Part shown: in pieces, positions 29,779 through 38,660 of the stretch | How positions within the stretch are numbered: position 1 is the stretch's first letter | Layout: each line of letters begins with the position of its first letter | Source of the DNA: an uncultured Rhodothermales bacterium | Lineage (GTDB): Bacteria; Bacteroidota; Rhodothermia; Rhodothermales; VXPQ01 | Assembly (NCBI GenBank): GCA_965651265.1 | Contig: CBFGRV010000006.1 | Span: forward strand, 22,595 to 86,594 | Reading direction: 5' to 3' | Length of the DNA stretch: 64,000 bases | Made by a program: the position numbers and the translations under genes | Notes under the pieces: model-generated | Told to the model about the DNA's origin: nothing | Databases searched by the model: none | The model's input: only the letters and a program-made list of their open reading frames with translations

Positions 29779-29806
29779 TGGTCGATTCGGTGAAGCGTGA
29801 CGGGAA

Positions 29807-31300
29807 TTGCGCGGTTTGATGCAGAGCCTCCCCATCATAGGCGACGAAACGGCCGTTCAGACGCGCGGTCGAACGAGGGGCTTCGACGTGCTCGAGCTGC
29901 CCGTTGTGGGGGCCTTCCTCAAGTGGCACGGCTCGCGCCGCACGATGCAGGCCGTGATGCTCGTCGTTGCCGTGGTGATGATCGTGCATGGCTTCCTCGG
30001 GCCGCAACTCGCCCCGCGGAATCTGGCGACCCTGCTCACCTGGGTGCACTACCGCGGGCTCCTGGTGCTCGCGCTCCTCGTGGCGGGGAATCTCTTCTGC
30101 ATGGCGTGTCCGTTCATCCTGGTGCGGGACCTCGCCCGCCGGTTCGCCAGGCCCGTTCTGCACTGGCCGGCGCGGCTGCGGTCGAAGTGGCTCGCCGTTG
30201 GGCTATTCGTGGCCGTGCTTTTCTCGTACGAATACTTCGACCTCTGGGGCTCGCCACTGTGGACGGCCTGGCTGATCGTGGCCTACTTCGCGGCCGCCCT
30301 CCTCATCGACTCCTTCTTTACGAACGCTTCCTTCTGCAAGTATGTCTGCCCCGTCGGGCAGTTCAATTTCGTGGGATCGACGGTTTCGCCTCTGGAGGTC
30401 TCCGTGCGCGATCACGACGTGTGCGCCTCGTGTACCACACTCGACTGCATCAAGGGTACGCGAGCGGCGCACGAGCCGTCGCTCGTTCTACAACGAGGGT
30501 GCGAGCTCGCGCTCTTCCAGCCGAAGAAGGAGGGCAACATGGACTGCACCTTCTGCCTGGATTGCGTGTACGCGTGCCCGCACGACAATATCGGCATTCA
30601 CGCGCGGCTGCCGGGCAGCGAACTCTTCGGGGATCCACGCCGGTCCGGGGTGGGCCGGTTCTCGCGGCGGCCGGATCTGGCGGCGCTCGCCCTGCTCTTC
30701 ACGTTCGGCGCCCTCCTGAATGCTTTCGGGATGGTGAGCCCGGTCTACGCCGTGCAGGAGTGGCTCGCCGGGCTGCTGGGGACGACCTCTGAGTTGCCCG
30801 TCCTCGCCACACTGTTCGCCGTCGCCCTCGTCGTCGAGCCCGCCGTCCTGATCGGCGGTGCCGCCTACGCCACGAAACTCGCGACGGGAACGTCCGACCG
30901 GCTGGCCGGGATCGTCGTGCGCTTCGCCTACGCGCTCATCCCGCTCGGCTTTGGCATCTGGCTCTCGCATTACAGCTTCCATTTTCTGACCGGCATCTGG
31001 ACGGTCGTCCCCGTCATCCAACAAATGCTGCTGGACGCGAGCATCACCGTCTTTGGATTACCGGCCTGGCATCTCACGGGCGTCCCGCAGGAGCTCGTGC
31101 TTCCACTCGAGCTCGGATTTCTCGGCCTGGGCGCCGTGGGAACGCTGCTGACGGCCTACCGTATCGCCGAGCGCGAATATCCGGAGCAAGCCGCCAGGGC
31201 TTTCGTGCCGTGGGCCATTTTGAGCCTGATGCTCCTCGCCGCCGCCGTCTGGTTGCTCTATCAGCCCATGGAAATGCGCGGGACGTTTCTGGGCAGCTGA
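29807..31300 (+). CDS. Membrane polyferredoxin (NapH/FixG/RdxA-like 4Fe-4S binding protein)
   Basis: FCMACP, FCKYVCP, CASCTTLDC...GC, CTFCLDCVYACP; many TM helices. Confidence 0.85.
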   Translation: MRGLMQSLPIIGDETAVQTRGRTRGFDVLELPVVGAFLKWHGSRRTMQAVMLVVAVVMIVHGFLGPQLAPRNLATLLTWVHYRGLLVLALLVAGNLFCMACPFILVRDLARRFARPVLHWPARLRSKWLAVGLFVAVLFSYEYFDLWGSPLWTAWLIVAYFAAALLIDSFFTNASFCKYVCPVGQFNFVGSTVSPLEVSVRDHDVCASCTTLDCIKGTRAAHEPSLVLQRGCELALFQPKKEGNMDCTFCLDCVYACPHDNIGIHARLPGSELFGDPRRSGVGRFSRRPDLAALALLFTFGALLNAFGMVSPVYAVQEWLAGLLGTTSELPVLATLFAVALVVEPAVLIGGAAYATKLATGTSDRLAGIVVRFAYALIPLGFGIWLSHYSFHFLTGIWTVVPVIQQMLLDASITVFGLPAWHLTGVPQELVLPLELGFLGLGAVGTLLTAYRIAEREYPEQAARAFVPWAILSLMLLAAAVWLLYQPMEMRGTFLGS

Positions 31301-31347
31301 TCGGCCTCGTGATTCTGGCCGTTGATTCTTACAGGCACCTACTACTC

Positions 31348-31887
31348 ATGACGAATCGCACGAGCTCGCGGAAAGGCCGTCTTGCCGGCACGATCGCCGT
31401 GCTTCTCCTCGTGCCGTTCCTGCAGGCGCACGAAGGGCCGCCCTTCCCCATCGTGGTCGACCACGAGATCGGGCCCATGCTCGTTTCCGTGTGGACGGAC
31501 CCCGACATCGGCATCGGCACCTTCTTCGTCGTCTTTGAGGCCGCCGGCGATGCCGTCCTCCCCGACGATCTCGCCGTCCAGATCGGTATCCGGCCGGTAT
31601 CGGGCCGGCTCGAGGAGGTGCTGTACCGCGCGGAGCCGCAGCGCGTGCGGAAGGGCGCGCGCTTTTTCACGGAGGTGGAATTCGATCAGGGAGAATGGTG
31701 GGATGTCCGCGTTATCGTGGAGAGCTCGGCGGGCAGCGGTGAGATCCACTCACAGGTCGAGGCGACGCCCGACGGCACCCTGGGACCCATCAGTCTGGTC
31801 ATCTTTCTCCTGCCCTTCCTGGCCGTCGGTTTTCTCTGGTTCAAGGCGGTGATGCGAAAGCGCCGGATGAGCGCGGAATCCGCATAG
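31348..31887 (+). CDS. Exported, C-terminally membrane-anchored protein with predicted mature N-terminal His
   Basis: Signal peptide ...LLLVPFLQA|HEGPPFPI; C-terminal TM helix plus basic tail; start set at ATG 31348. Confidence 0.65.
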   Translation: MTNRTSSRKGRLAGTIAVLLLVPFLQAHEGPPFPIVVDHEIGPMLVSVWTDPDIGIGTFFVVFEAAGDAVLPDDLAVQIGIRPVSGRLEEVLYRAEPQRVRKGARFFTEVEFDQGEWWDVRVIVESSAGSGEIHSQVEATPDGTLGPISLVIFLLPFLAVGFLWFKAVMRKRRMSAESA

Positions 31888-32041
31888 CGAAGAGCAACAA
31901 TCCTGTGAGTCGCGCGGACGTTGCAATTCAGAAGGCACCGCGGCATCCCGCCCAAGTTGAGCTGAGGTAGGGCGGCAGGGCTGGCCTGGTCCCGGGCTAT
32001 GTCGCTATCCCCAAGATGCTTCACCAGATACGTGTACTGCC

Positions 32042-32449
32042 ATGATGAATCGGTACTTCTATCGTGTGATGCCCCTCGTGACGCTCGCCGTCTCGGCCGC
32101 ACTCGCCCTTCAGCTTTCGGGATGTCTCGCAGCAGGTGCTGCCGCGGGTGCGGCGGTGGGCGGCTGCGCGCTCCTCGATCGGAATGAAGACCAGCGTGTC
32201 ACCGCCGCCGAGTTGTCCGACGGCCTCTTCGACGCGTGGGATGCAAATGACGATAACGAACTTTCCCGGCCGGAATTCCAGGAAGGCGTGTCCACCAGCC
32301 CGCGCTACCAGAGCTGGTCGGTCGAGTTCGGAAATTGGGATTCGAATGCCGACGATATGCTCGCGCGCTCGGAATTCCGTTCCGGCGTGGGCGGCAGCCC
32401 CGATACGGCGGAGTGGCTGGACGATCAGTGCGACGACCTGGGCCTGTAG
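32042..32449 (+). CDS. EF-hand-like lipoprotein
   Basis: Lipobox-like LSGC; three loops DRNEDQRVTAAE, DANDDNELSRPE, DSNADDMLARSE. Confidence 0.7.
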   Translation: MMNRYFYRVMPLVTLAVSAALALQLSGCLAAGAAAGAAVGGCALLDRNEDQRVTAAELSDGLFDAWDANDDNELSRPEFQEGVSTSPRYQSWSVEFGNWDSNADDMLARSEFRSGVGGSPDTAEWLDDQCDDLGL

Positions 32450-32737
32450 ACCCACACTACAGATAGTTTCGGCATTACGGATTCTGGATCCGCCGGCCAG
32501 AACCCCGTGCCGGCAGGGCTACCGTCGACAGGCATGGCGGCGGCAGACGCCGTGTGCCGGTGGAACTCCTGTGAATCACCCCGGAGTCCTGCGTGAATCG
32601 TGAACCTCGCGGCCGGTAAGCGGTAAGAGTCGTCCTCGCGCAGGGGTGGAGCGGCTGCCCGCATCGGGGCCGGTTTCGGGGAACCGATTTGTGGACGTGG
32701 GACGAGCCTCCGTCGAACCCTCGCGCAACCTACCGAA

Positions 32738-32808
32738 GGTGACGTGGCCGAGGGGTTAGGCAAAGGTCTGCAAAACCTTGTACGGCGGTTCGAATCCGCC
32801 CGTCACCT
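32738..32808 (+). tRNA. tRNA-Cys(GCA), CCA not encoded
   Basis: Acceptor GGTGACG/CGTCACC, anticodon arm AAGGT-CTGCAAA-ACCTT, GTTCGAATCC. Confidence 0.95.
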
Positions 32809-32837
32809 CAACAGGGGAGCGCCTTCGGGCTATGAAT

Positions 32838-32880
32838 AAGCCTCATCCGACGAGCTTCGCGGGTGGGGCTTCATATTTTT
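32838..32880 (+). terminator. Intrinsic terminator-like hairpin after tRNA-Cys
   Basis: AAGCCTCATCCG ... CGGGTGGGGCTT stem (with G-U pairs) followed by CATATTTTT. Confidence 0.55.
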
Positions 32881-32895
32881 CGCCGTCTTAGAAAG

Positions 32896-33474
32896 TCACT
32901 CCTCCCGGCGGAGGCGGATCAGGTCCACCAGGATGCCGTGGTTGTCGCGGCCGAAGTGCCTCAGGCGAATCCGTGCCTCGGTCGGCTCCGGCACGCCAAA
33001 ATCACGCGTGTAAAGCCTGAACTTCTCATTGGCTTCGAGAATGAAGCGTTCCGAAAACGCGGTCCCGATGGTCACGTCCATCGTGTCGGTGGGCCGCCCA
33101 CGGTTGTTGCCGGCCAGCCACACCTCGAACAGATAGGTCTCGCCCGGCTCCAGCAGGTAAACTTCCTTGCTCTCGATCGTGCCGGCCCTATTGCAGGTGC
33201 CGTCCATGTCGATGTAGATCCCGTTGCCTGGCTGGACGTCGAAATGTCCGTTTCCATGCAGGTCGATGCAGCCGTCCACTAAGTTGTATTGCTCCAGGTC
33301 GGTCCAGTTGTTCTGACCGACTCCTCCGTTCTCGTTGTCGAAATCGCTCACGATCAGGATCGTCGCCGGATCGGCGGGCGGGAGCTCGATGCCGACGACC
33401 TTTTCTTTACAGGCCCCCAGTGCGAGAAACGGAAGCAGGAGGAGCGCGATGAGAAATGTCCAGGAGCTTCGCAT
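32896..33474 (-). CDS. Hypothetical lipoprotein with jelly-roll/carbohydrate-binding-like domain
   Basis: Lipobox-like ALGAC; IDLHGNGHFDVQPGNGIYIDMDG resembles DUF642-like beta-sandwich domains; start set at ATG 33474. Confidence 0.55.
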   Translation of the reverse strand: MRSSWTFLIALLLLPFLALGACKEKVVGIELPPADPATILIVSDFDNENGGVGQNNWTDLEQYNLVDGCIDLHGNGHFDVQPGNGIYIDMDGTCNRAGTIESKEVYLLEPGETYLFEVWLAGNNRGRPTDTMDVTIGTAFSERFILEANEKFRLYTRDFGVPEPTEARIRLRHFGRDNHGILVDLIRLRREE

Positions 33475-33704
33475 AATAACCTCGTCGAAATGCAGAAACC
33501 GATTCGTCCCCCCATCGCATGTCAGAGCGCCGCTCTTAACTAATAGCAAGGACGACGGCAACTTTCAAGCGGTATCGGCATCACCCGTAACGGCCTTTAG
33601 CGCATTCGCAAGCGGCGCGGCTTGCCCCGCCGTATCTTTCCGTGCGAGGCGGCCTCGCACGCCCTACGGATCCGCCACTGCCTAACCCGAGGGATCGGGT
33701 CTTC

Positions 33705-36700
33705 ATGAGCGGCTCAACCATTACCTGTCCCGTCTGCGGAACATCGAACCCCGCGGGCTTCAATTTCTGCGGGAATTGCGGCGCCCGCCTCTCCGCGTCG
33801 ACCTCCGGAGGCAGCGCCGAGCGGCGCCAGATCACGGTGATGTTCTGCGATCTGATCGGATCGGTCGCGATGTCGCTCAAGCTCGATCCGGAAGATCTTC
33901 GCGACGTCATCCACCGCTACCAGGAAGCCTGCGTGGCGGCGGTCGAGGCTTTCGGCGGATACGTGGCGCAGTATCTGGGGGATGGGATCATGGCCTACTT
34001 CGGCTATCCCGTCGTCCACGACGCGGAGGCCGAGCGCGCCGTTCGTGCAGGGCTGGACATCATTGGGCGCGTCGAGGCCCTGAGCATCGAGATCCGCCGG
34101 GCCCACCAGATCGACGTGTCCGTGCGAGTGGGCATCGACACGGGGCTCGTGGTCGTCGGCGAGGTCGGGAGCGGCACCCGAAAGGAGCACCTGGCACTGG
34201 GCGAGACGCCGAACAGGGCGGCGCGCCTGCAGACGCTCGCGCCCCCCAATGGACTCGTCGTGAGCGAGGCCACGCAGCGGCTGGTCGCGGACATCTTCGA
34301 AACGGAAGACCTCGGCCCGCAGGCGCTCAAGGGCATCCTCGACACCGAACGTGTCTATCGGATTCTAGGCGACCGGCTTCCGGAAGGCGCCACGGATCTG
34401 ACCGGTATGCCACGGCGCGTGAGCACCGTCGGACGCGAGCCGGAGCTCGAGATCATCCGCGAATGCTGGGCATCCGTCGAGGAGGGCGCGGCCCGCATCG
34501 TGATCCTGCGCGGCGAGCCCGGCATCGGGAAGTCGCACCTGGTGCATCTCTTTCGGCAAGAGCTTGCTGACGACGCTCACACGCGCATCGAGTGCCGCTG
34601 CTCCCCATTCCTCCAGGGGAGCCCCTTTCATCCCATCGTGGACTGGATGCAGCGCATCTTCAACTTCTATCCGGATCAGTCCGTCGACGAACGGCTCGAC
34701 ATGGTGGAGTTCGTCTGCCGGCAGAATACGATCACCGACCCCGATGCGCCGCGGCTGCTGGCGGGCCTCCTCTCGCTGCCGGCTGACCTCCGGTATCCGA
34801 ACCCTGGCTACAGCGCTTCGCGAATCCGCGAACGAACCCACGAGATCCTCGAAACGTTGCTGCTTCAGATGGCGGACGACTGCCCGCTCGTGTTCGTGCT
34901 GGAGGACGAGCAGTGGATCGATCCATCCACCAGAGGCTTCCTGGAGCAGTTCGCGGCCGGGGCCGGGGGCCGGCGAATACTCGTGCTGGTGACGTCCCGT
35001 GAGCGCGTGCGGGTTCGCTGGCCCAGCGATCTGCCCGTCACCATCCTCTCGCTCGACAAACTCGACGTCGATCATGTCCGCATGCTGGTCAGGGATCTGG
35101 CCGCGCCGCGTGAGCTCCCGGAATCCGTAGTCGGCCAGATCGTGCAGAAGAGCGACGGCATCCCGCTCTTCGTGCAAGAGTTCACCCGGATGGTGCTGGA
35201 GATGCATGCCCCCGATGAAGAGGAAGAGACGCCCGTACCCCTCGCATCCGCGGACCTGTCCATCCCCGTGACGCTCCATGACTCGTTGATGGCGCGGCTC
35301 GATCGCCTCCATCCCATCAAGGAAGTTGCGCAGATCTGTTCCGTGATCGGACGCGAGTTCACCTTTGAGCTGGCCCTTGCTGCCTCGCGAATGGGCGAAT
35401 CAACCCTGGCAGAGGCCCTGGTCGAGCTCGTCCGGGCGGACGTCCTCGTCGGCGAGGGCCGTCCTCCGCGCAGCCGGTACATGTTCCGGCATGCCCTCAT
35501 CCAGGAGGCCGCCTACGAGTCCATGCTCCGCACCCGGCGGGCGGTGTACCACCGGCGCATCGCGCGGTACCTGGCGGAGAAGCGCGAGGAGGAGGAGCTC
35601 GATGTGATTGCGCATCACCTTTCGCGGGCGGGCGACCTGGAGGGTGCCGCGCGCTACTGGCTCAGGGCCGGAAGGCGGGCTCACGAGCGATGGGCGAATG
35701 AGGAGGCCGTGGATTACTTCACGCGCGGCATGGCGCTGGTCAGAGAGCTCCCCGATTCTCCTGAAAACCGAAAGACGTCCTTCTTCCTGCAGGCCGGGCA
35801 TGCCGTCGCCCTGCTGCCCATCCGGGGTTACACACATCCCGGCGTGCTCCTCGCCTTTGAGCGTGCGGCGGAGCTGGCCGACGGCGTCGACGATCCGGCC
35901 GCGGCCATGCCCGTGGTGCGTGGGCTGTGGTCCTACTACACCGTGCTGGCGGATCACGATCGGGGCGCCGCACTGGCGGAATACCTCGAGGCTCTGGCTC
36001 GCAAGTCGGGACAGCACATCCTTCAGGATGAAGCCATGGCCGCCCGGGCCAGCTCGCTGATCTGGCGCGGAGAAGCCAGGGAGAGCCGAGACTTGTTCGA
36101 AACGGCCTTGGAGGGGCTCCGCGCGATTGCATCGGAGCCTCCGGCTACGCTCGCCTTTCAGCATCCATGCGTCGGTGCGCTATCCTATCTCGCCTTCGCC
36201 AACTGGTATCTGGGCGAGACGGAGGTGGCGATGGAGCGGAGCCGCGAATCCGTGAAGCTCGCGGACGACCTTGACCATCCTTTCAGCCGCGCTTTCGCCT
36301 ACGTCTTCGACGCGGCACTCAAAACGTACCTCGGACTGCGAGACGAAGCGCGCAAGAGCGCGGAGCAGTCGTTCGTGATCTCATCCCGCTTCGGTTTTCC
36401 GTTCTGGCTGAACGTCAGCCGCGTGCTGTCGGGATGGGCCATGGCGCCCACCGACGTTGACGAAGCCATCGAACAGATGCGTGGAGGCTTGAATGCTCTA
36501 CAGAGTGCGGGCGTGCGGATCTGGACCGCCTATCCCAGCGCACTACTTGCCCAGCTGCTGGGAGATGCGGGGAGGCCGGACGAGGCCCTCGAGCTCCTCG
36601 ATGCCGTCGTCGATCGAAATCGAAGCAACGGGGAAGGCTTCCTCCTACCAGAGATCCTGCGCCTCCGCGCCCGCCAGCTCGATGCACTCGACCGGCATAC

Positions 36701-36911
36701 GGAGGCGGCGGCCGATCGGAAGGAGGCGGTCCAGCTCGCTCAGCAACAGGGAGCGCGACCCATCCTGCTTCGCGTTCTCATGGATGTCATTCAAACCGAA
36801 GACCGGCCTGATCCCGCCCTCCGAGACCTCCTCCGCACGACGGCGGACGGCTACGATGATCGCCTGAATCTCGCGGACGTCACGGCCGCGCGCCGTCTGC
36901 TCGCGACGTAG
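33705..36911 (+). CDS. Class III adenylate/guanylate cyclase with N-terminal zinc ribbon, STAND-type AAA ATPase and TPR region
   Basis: CPVC...CGNC; FCDLIGS, YLGDG, RVGIDTG, NRAARLQ; Walker A GEPGIGKS; helical C-terminus; start set at ATG 33705. Confidence 0.9.
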   Translation: MSGSTITCPVCGTSNPAGFNFCGNCGARLSASTSGGSAERRQITVMFCDLIGSVAMSLKLDPEDLRDVIHRYQEACVAAVEAFGGYVAQYLGDGIMAYFGYPVVHDAEAERAVRAGLDIIGRVEALSIEIRRAHQIDVSVRVGIDTGLVVVGEVGSGTRKEHLALGETPNRAARLQTLAPPNGLVVSEATQRLVADIFETEDLGPQALKGILDTERVYRILGDRLPEGATDLTGMPRRVSTVGREPELEIIRECWASVEEGAARIVILRGEPGIGKSHLVHLFRQELADDAHTRIECRCSPFLQGSPFHPIVDWMQRIFNFYPDQSVDERLDMVEFVCRQNTITDPDAPRLLAGLLSLPADLRYPNPGYSASRIRERTHEILETLLLQMADDCPLVFVLEDEQWIDPSTRGFLEQFAAGAGGRRILVLVTSRERVRVRWPSDLPVTILSLDKLDVDHVRMLVRDLAAPRELPESVVGQIVQKSDGIPLFVQEFTRMVLEMHAPDEEEETPVPLASADLSIPVTLHDSLMARLDRLHPIKEVAQICSVIGREFTFELALAASRMGESTLAEALVELVRADVLVGEGRPPRSRYMFRHALIQEAAYESMLRTRRAVYHRRIARYLAEKREEEELDVIAHHLSRAGDLEGAARYWLRAGRRAHERWANEEAVDYFTRGMALVRELPDSPENRKTSFFLQAGHAVALLPIRGYTHPGVLLAFERAAELADGVDDPAAAMPVVRGLWSYYTVLADHDRGAALAEYLEALARKSGQHILQDEAMAARASSLIWRGEARESRDLFETALEGLRAIASEPPATLAFQHPCVGALSYLAFANWYLGETEVAMERSRESVKLADDLDHPFSRAFAYVFDAALKTYLGLRDEARKSAEQSFVISSRFGFPFWLNVSRVLSGWAMAPTDVDEAIEQMRGGLNALQSAGVRIWTAYPSALLAQLLGDAGRPDEALELLDAVVDRNRSNGEGFLLPEILRLRARQLDALDRHTEAAADRKEAVQLAQQQGARPILLRVLMDVIQTEDRPDPALRDLLRTTADGYDDRLNLADVTAARRLLAT

Positions 36912-37124
36912 CTATTCGTCCTCGACGGTAAAGCCGATCTTGACGGTCACCTGCCAGTGAGCCACCTTCCCATCTTGGATGTGCCCTCGCGTGGAGAGCA
37001 CTTCGAACCACCGCATGTTGTGCACGGTCTTGCCGGCTCGCGCGAGCGCGGTTTCCACGGCATGCTCGATACTCTGCGTCGACGATCCGGTCAGCTCGAT
37101 GATCTTGTATACGTGATCGCTCAT
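36912..37124 (-). CDS. Dodecin (flavin-binding)
   Basis: [12 protein letters not shown]...MRWFEV...WQVTVKIGF. Confidence 0.93.
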   Translation of the reverse strand: MSDHVYKIIELTGSSTQSIEHAVETALARAGKTVHNMRWFEVLSTRGHIQDGKVAHWQVTVKIGFTVEDE

Positions 37125-37160
37125 CGTCTCCATCCTTCTTAGGCCTCGGGTGATTATGTA

Positions 37161-38561
37161 CTACGAGACGAGCTGCATCCGATCCGGGTCCCACCGGTAG
37201 ATCCGACCGTCCCGGTAACTGAGGTTCGCCAGCAGCGCAGGCGCCGCGGCACGGAATCCGACCTCGCTGTCCTCGACCGTCTTCGAGCCGTTGCGCACGG
37301 CATTGAAGAAGTCGACGAAATGGTCGTAGCGCGAATCGTAGCCCCCGGGCACGTTGAACTCGCGCACCTCTCCCATCTCGCGGGCCATCTGAGGCTCCGT
37401 GTGCTCCTGCCGCCACTGCTGAGCGAAAGCTTCGCGGTCTGCTTCGCACCACGTCCGAACCGAGTTGTAGCCCTCGACCAGGTTTTCCAGCGACGGATCG
37501 CGCATCGGCCGCTGCGTCAGCTTCAGCCCGCCACCACCTATGCTTATGGCGCCTTCGCTGCCGATGAATTCGAAGACGGTTCCGCCTCCGCTTCCATCCG
37601 CAAAGTTGGACTGCAGAGCCAGCGTGAAGCCCGGATGCGAGTCCGTCTCAGGATACTCGTACAGGGCGAGAATGACGTCCGGCACGTCGCGCCCGTCATG
37701 CCAGTAGCGTAGCCCGCCCTGCGCCATCGCGCTCACCGGCCCGTTCGACGATAGCACATGGTTTATGCCGGTGAACAGGTGCACGAACAGGTCCCCGGGG
37801 ATGCCCGTTCCGTAATCCTGATAGTTGCGCCAGCGGAAGAAGCGGATCGGATCAAACGGATGATCCGGCGCCGGCCCGATAAACGCCTCCCAGTCGATGT
37901 CCTGCGGGGTCACGTTCGGTGGGATGGAGTACTGCCACGCGCCGATGGAATCCCGCCGGTTATAGCGCGCCTGCACCATGTTGATCTCGCCGATCGCACC
38001 GGAGCGCACCAGATCGCGCGCCTGGTGATAGACGATGTCGCTCTTGAACTGACTTCCGACCTGCACGACGCGGCCCGTGCGGCGCTGAGCGTCGATCACA
38101 TTTTGCCCATCCTCGATCTTCTGGACCATGGGTTTCTCGAGGTAGATGTCCTTGCCGGACTCCATCGCGTCGATGGCGATCTGCGCGTGCCAGTGATCAG
38201 GTGTCGAGATGATGACGGCATCCACATCCGGCCGCGCCAGGATCTCGCGGTAATCGCGCGTCGTGAAGACATCCTGACCGTAGTATTCCTTGACGCGGCA
38301 GAGGCGCGAGTCGTACAGATCCGCAGCGGCCACCAGCTGTACGCCCGGCACCATCAGCGCCGTGTCGGTATCGATGAATCCGATGATGCCGGTTCCGATC
38401 GTGGCCAGATTGATCTGATCGTTCGCGGCAAACTTCTTCGGCTGGTAAGGGATGGTCTCGCGCTGAGTGGCCAGCGCCTGCGGCACCAGTCCGGCAGCGG
38501 CGCCGGTAGCCGCAGCAAGTTTGAGGAATCGTCGTCGGGAGGATCTCTTGTTGGCCATCAT
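37161..38561 (-). CDS. Tat-exported Gfo/Idh/MocA family oxidoreductase
   Basis: Tat motif SRRRFLK, IGTGIIG, STPDHWH, YLEKP. Confidence 0.92.
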   Translation of the reverse strand: MMANKRSSRRRFLKLAAATGAAAGLVPQALATQRETIPYQPKKFAANDQINLATIGTGIIGFIDTDTALMVPGVQLVAAADLYDSRLCRVKEYYGQDVFTTRDYREILARPDVDAVIISTPDHWHAQIAIDAMESGKDIYLEKPMVQKIEDGQNVIDAQRRTGRVVQVGSQFKSDIVYHQARDLVRSGAIGEINMVQARYNRRDSIGAWQYSIPPNVTPQDIDWEAFIGPAPDHPFDPIRFFRWRNYQDYGTGIPGDLFVHLFTGINHVLSSNGPVSAMAQGGLRYWHDGRDVPDVILALYEYPETDSHPGFTLALQSNFADGSGGGTVFEFIGSEGAISIGGGGLKLTQRPMRDPSLENLVEGYNSVRTWCEADREAFAQQWRQEHTEPQMAREMGEVREFNVPGGYDSRYDHFVDFFNAVRNGSKTVEDSEVGFRAAAPALLANLSYRDGRIYRWDPDRMQLVS

Positions 38562-38660
38562 CGATCACGATCTGTTGGGTGGTCCGTCGGGAGGGAGCAA
38601 TGCATCCCAGGTCCCCTCTGAATATACGTGCCGACTCGAAGAGATGGGCGCTGAAGCCGC

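Noticed and set aside
32450-32737. Possible SRP or other structured ncRNA before tRNA-Cys
   Set aside because: Lacks the SRP AGG-...-GGAA-...-AGCAG core; only generic GC-rich pairing
28485-32808. Integrative element between tRNA-Arg and tRNA-Cys
   Set aside because: No integrase or transposase, and I found no direct repeat of either tRNA 3' end
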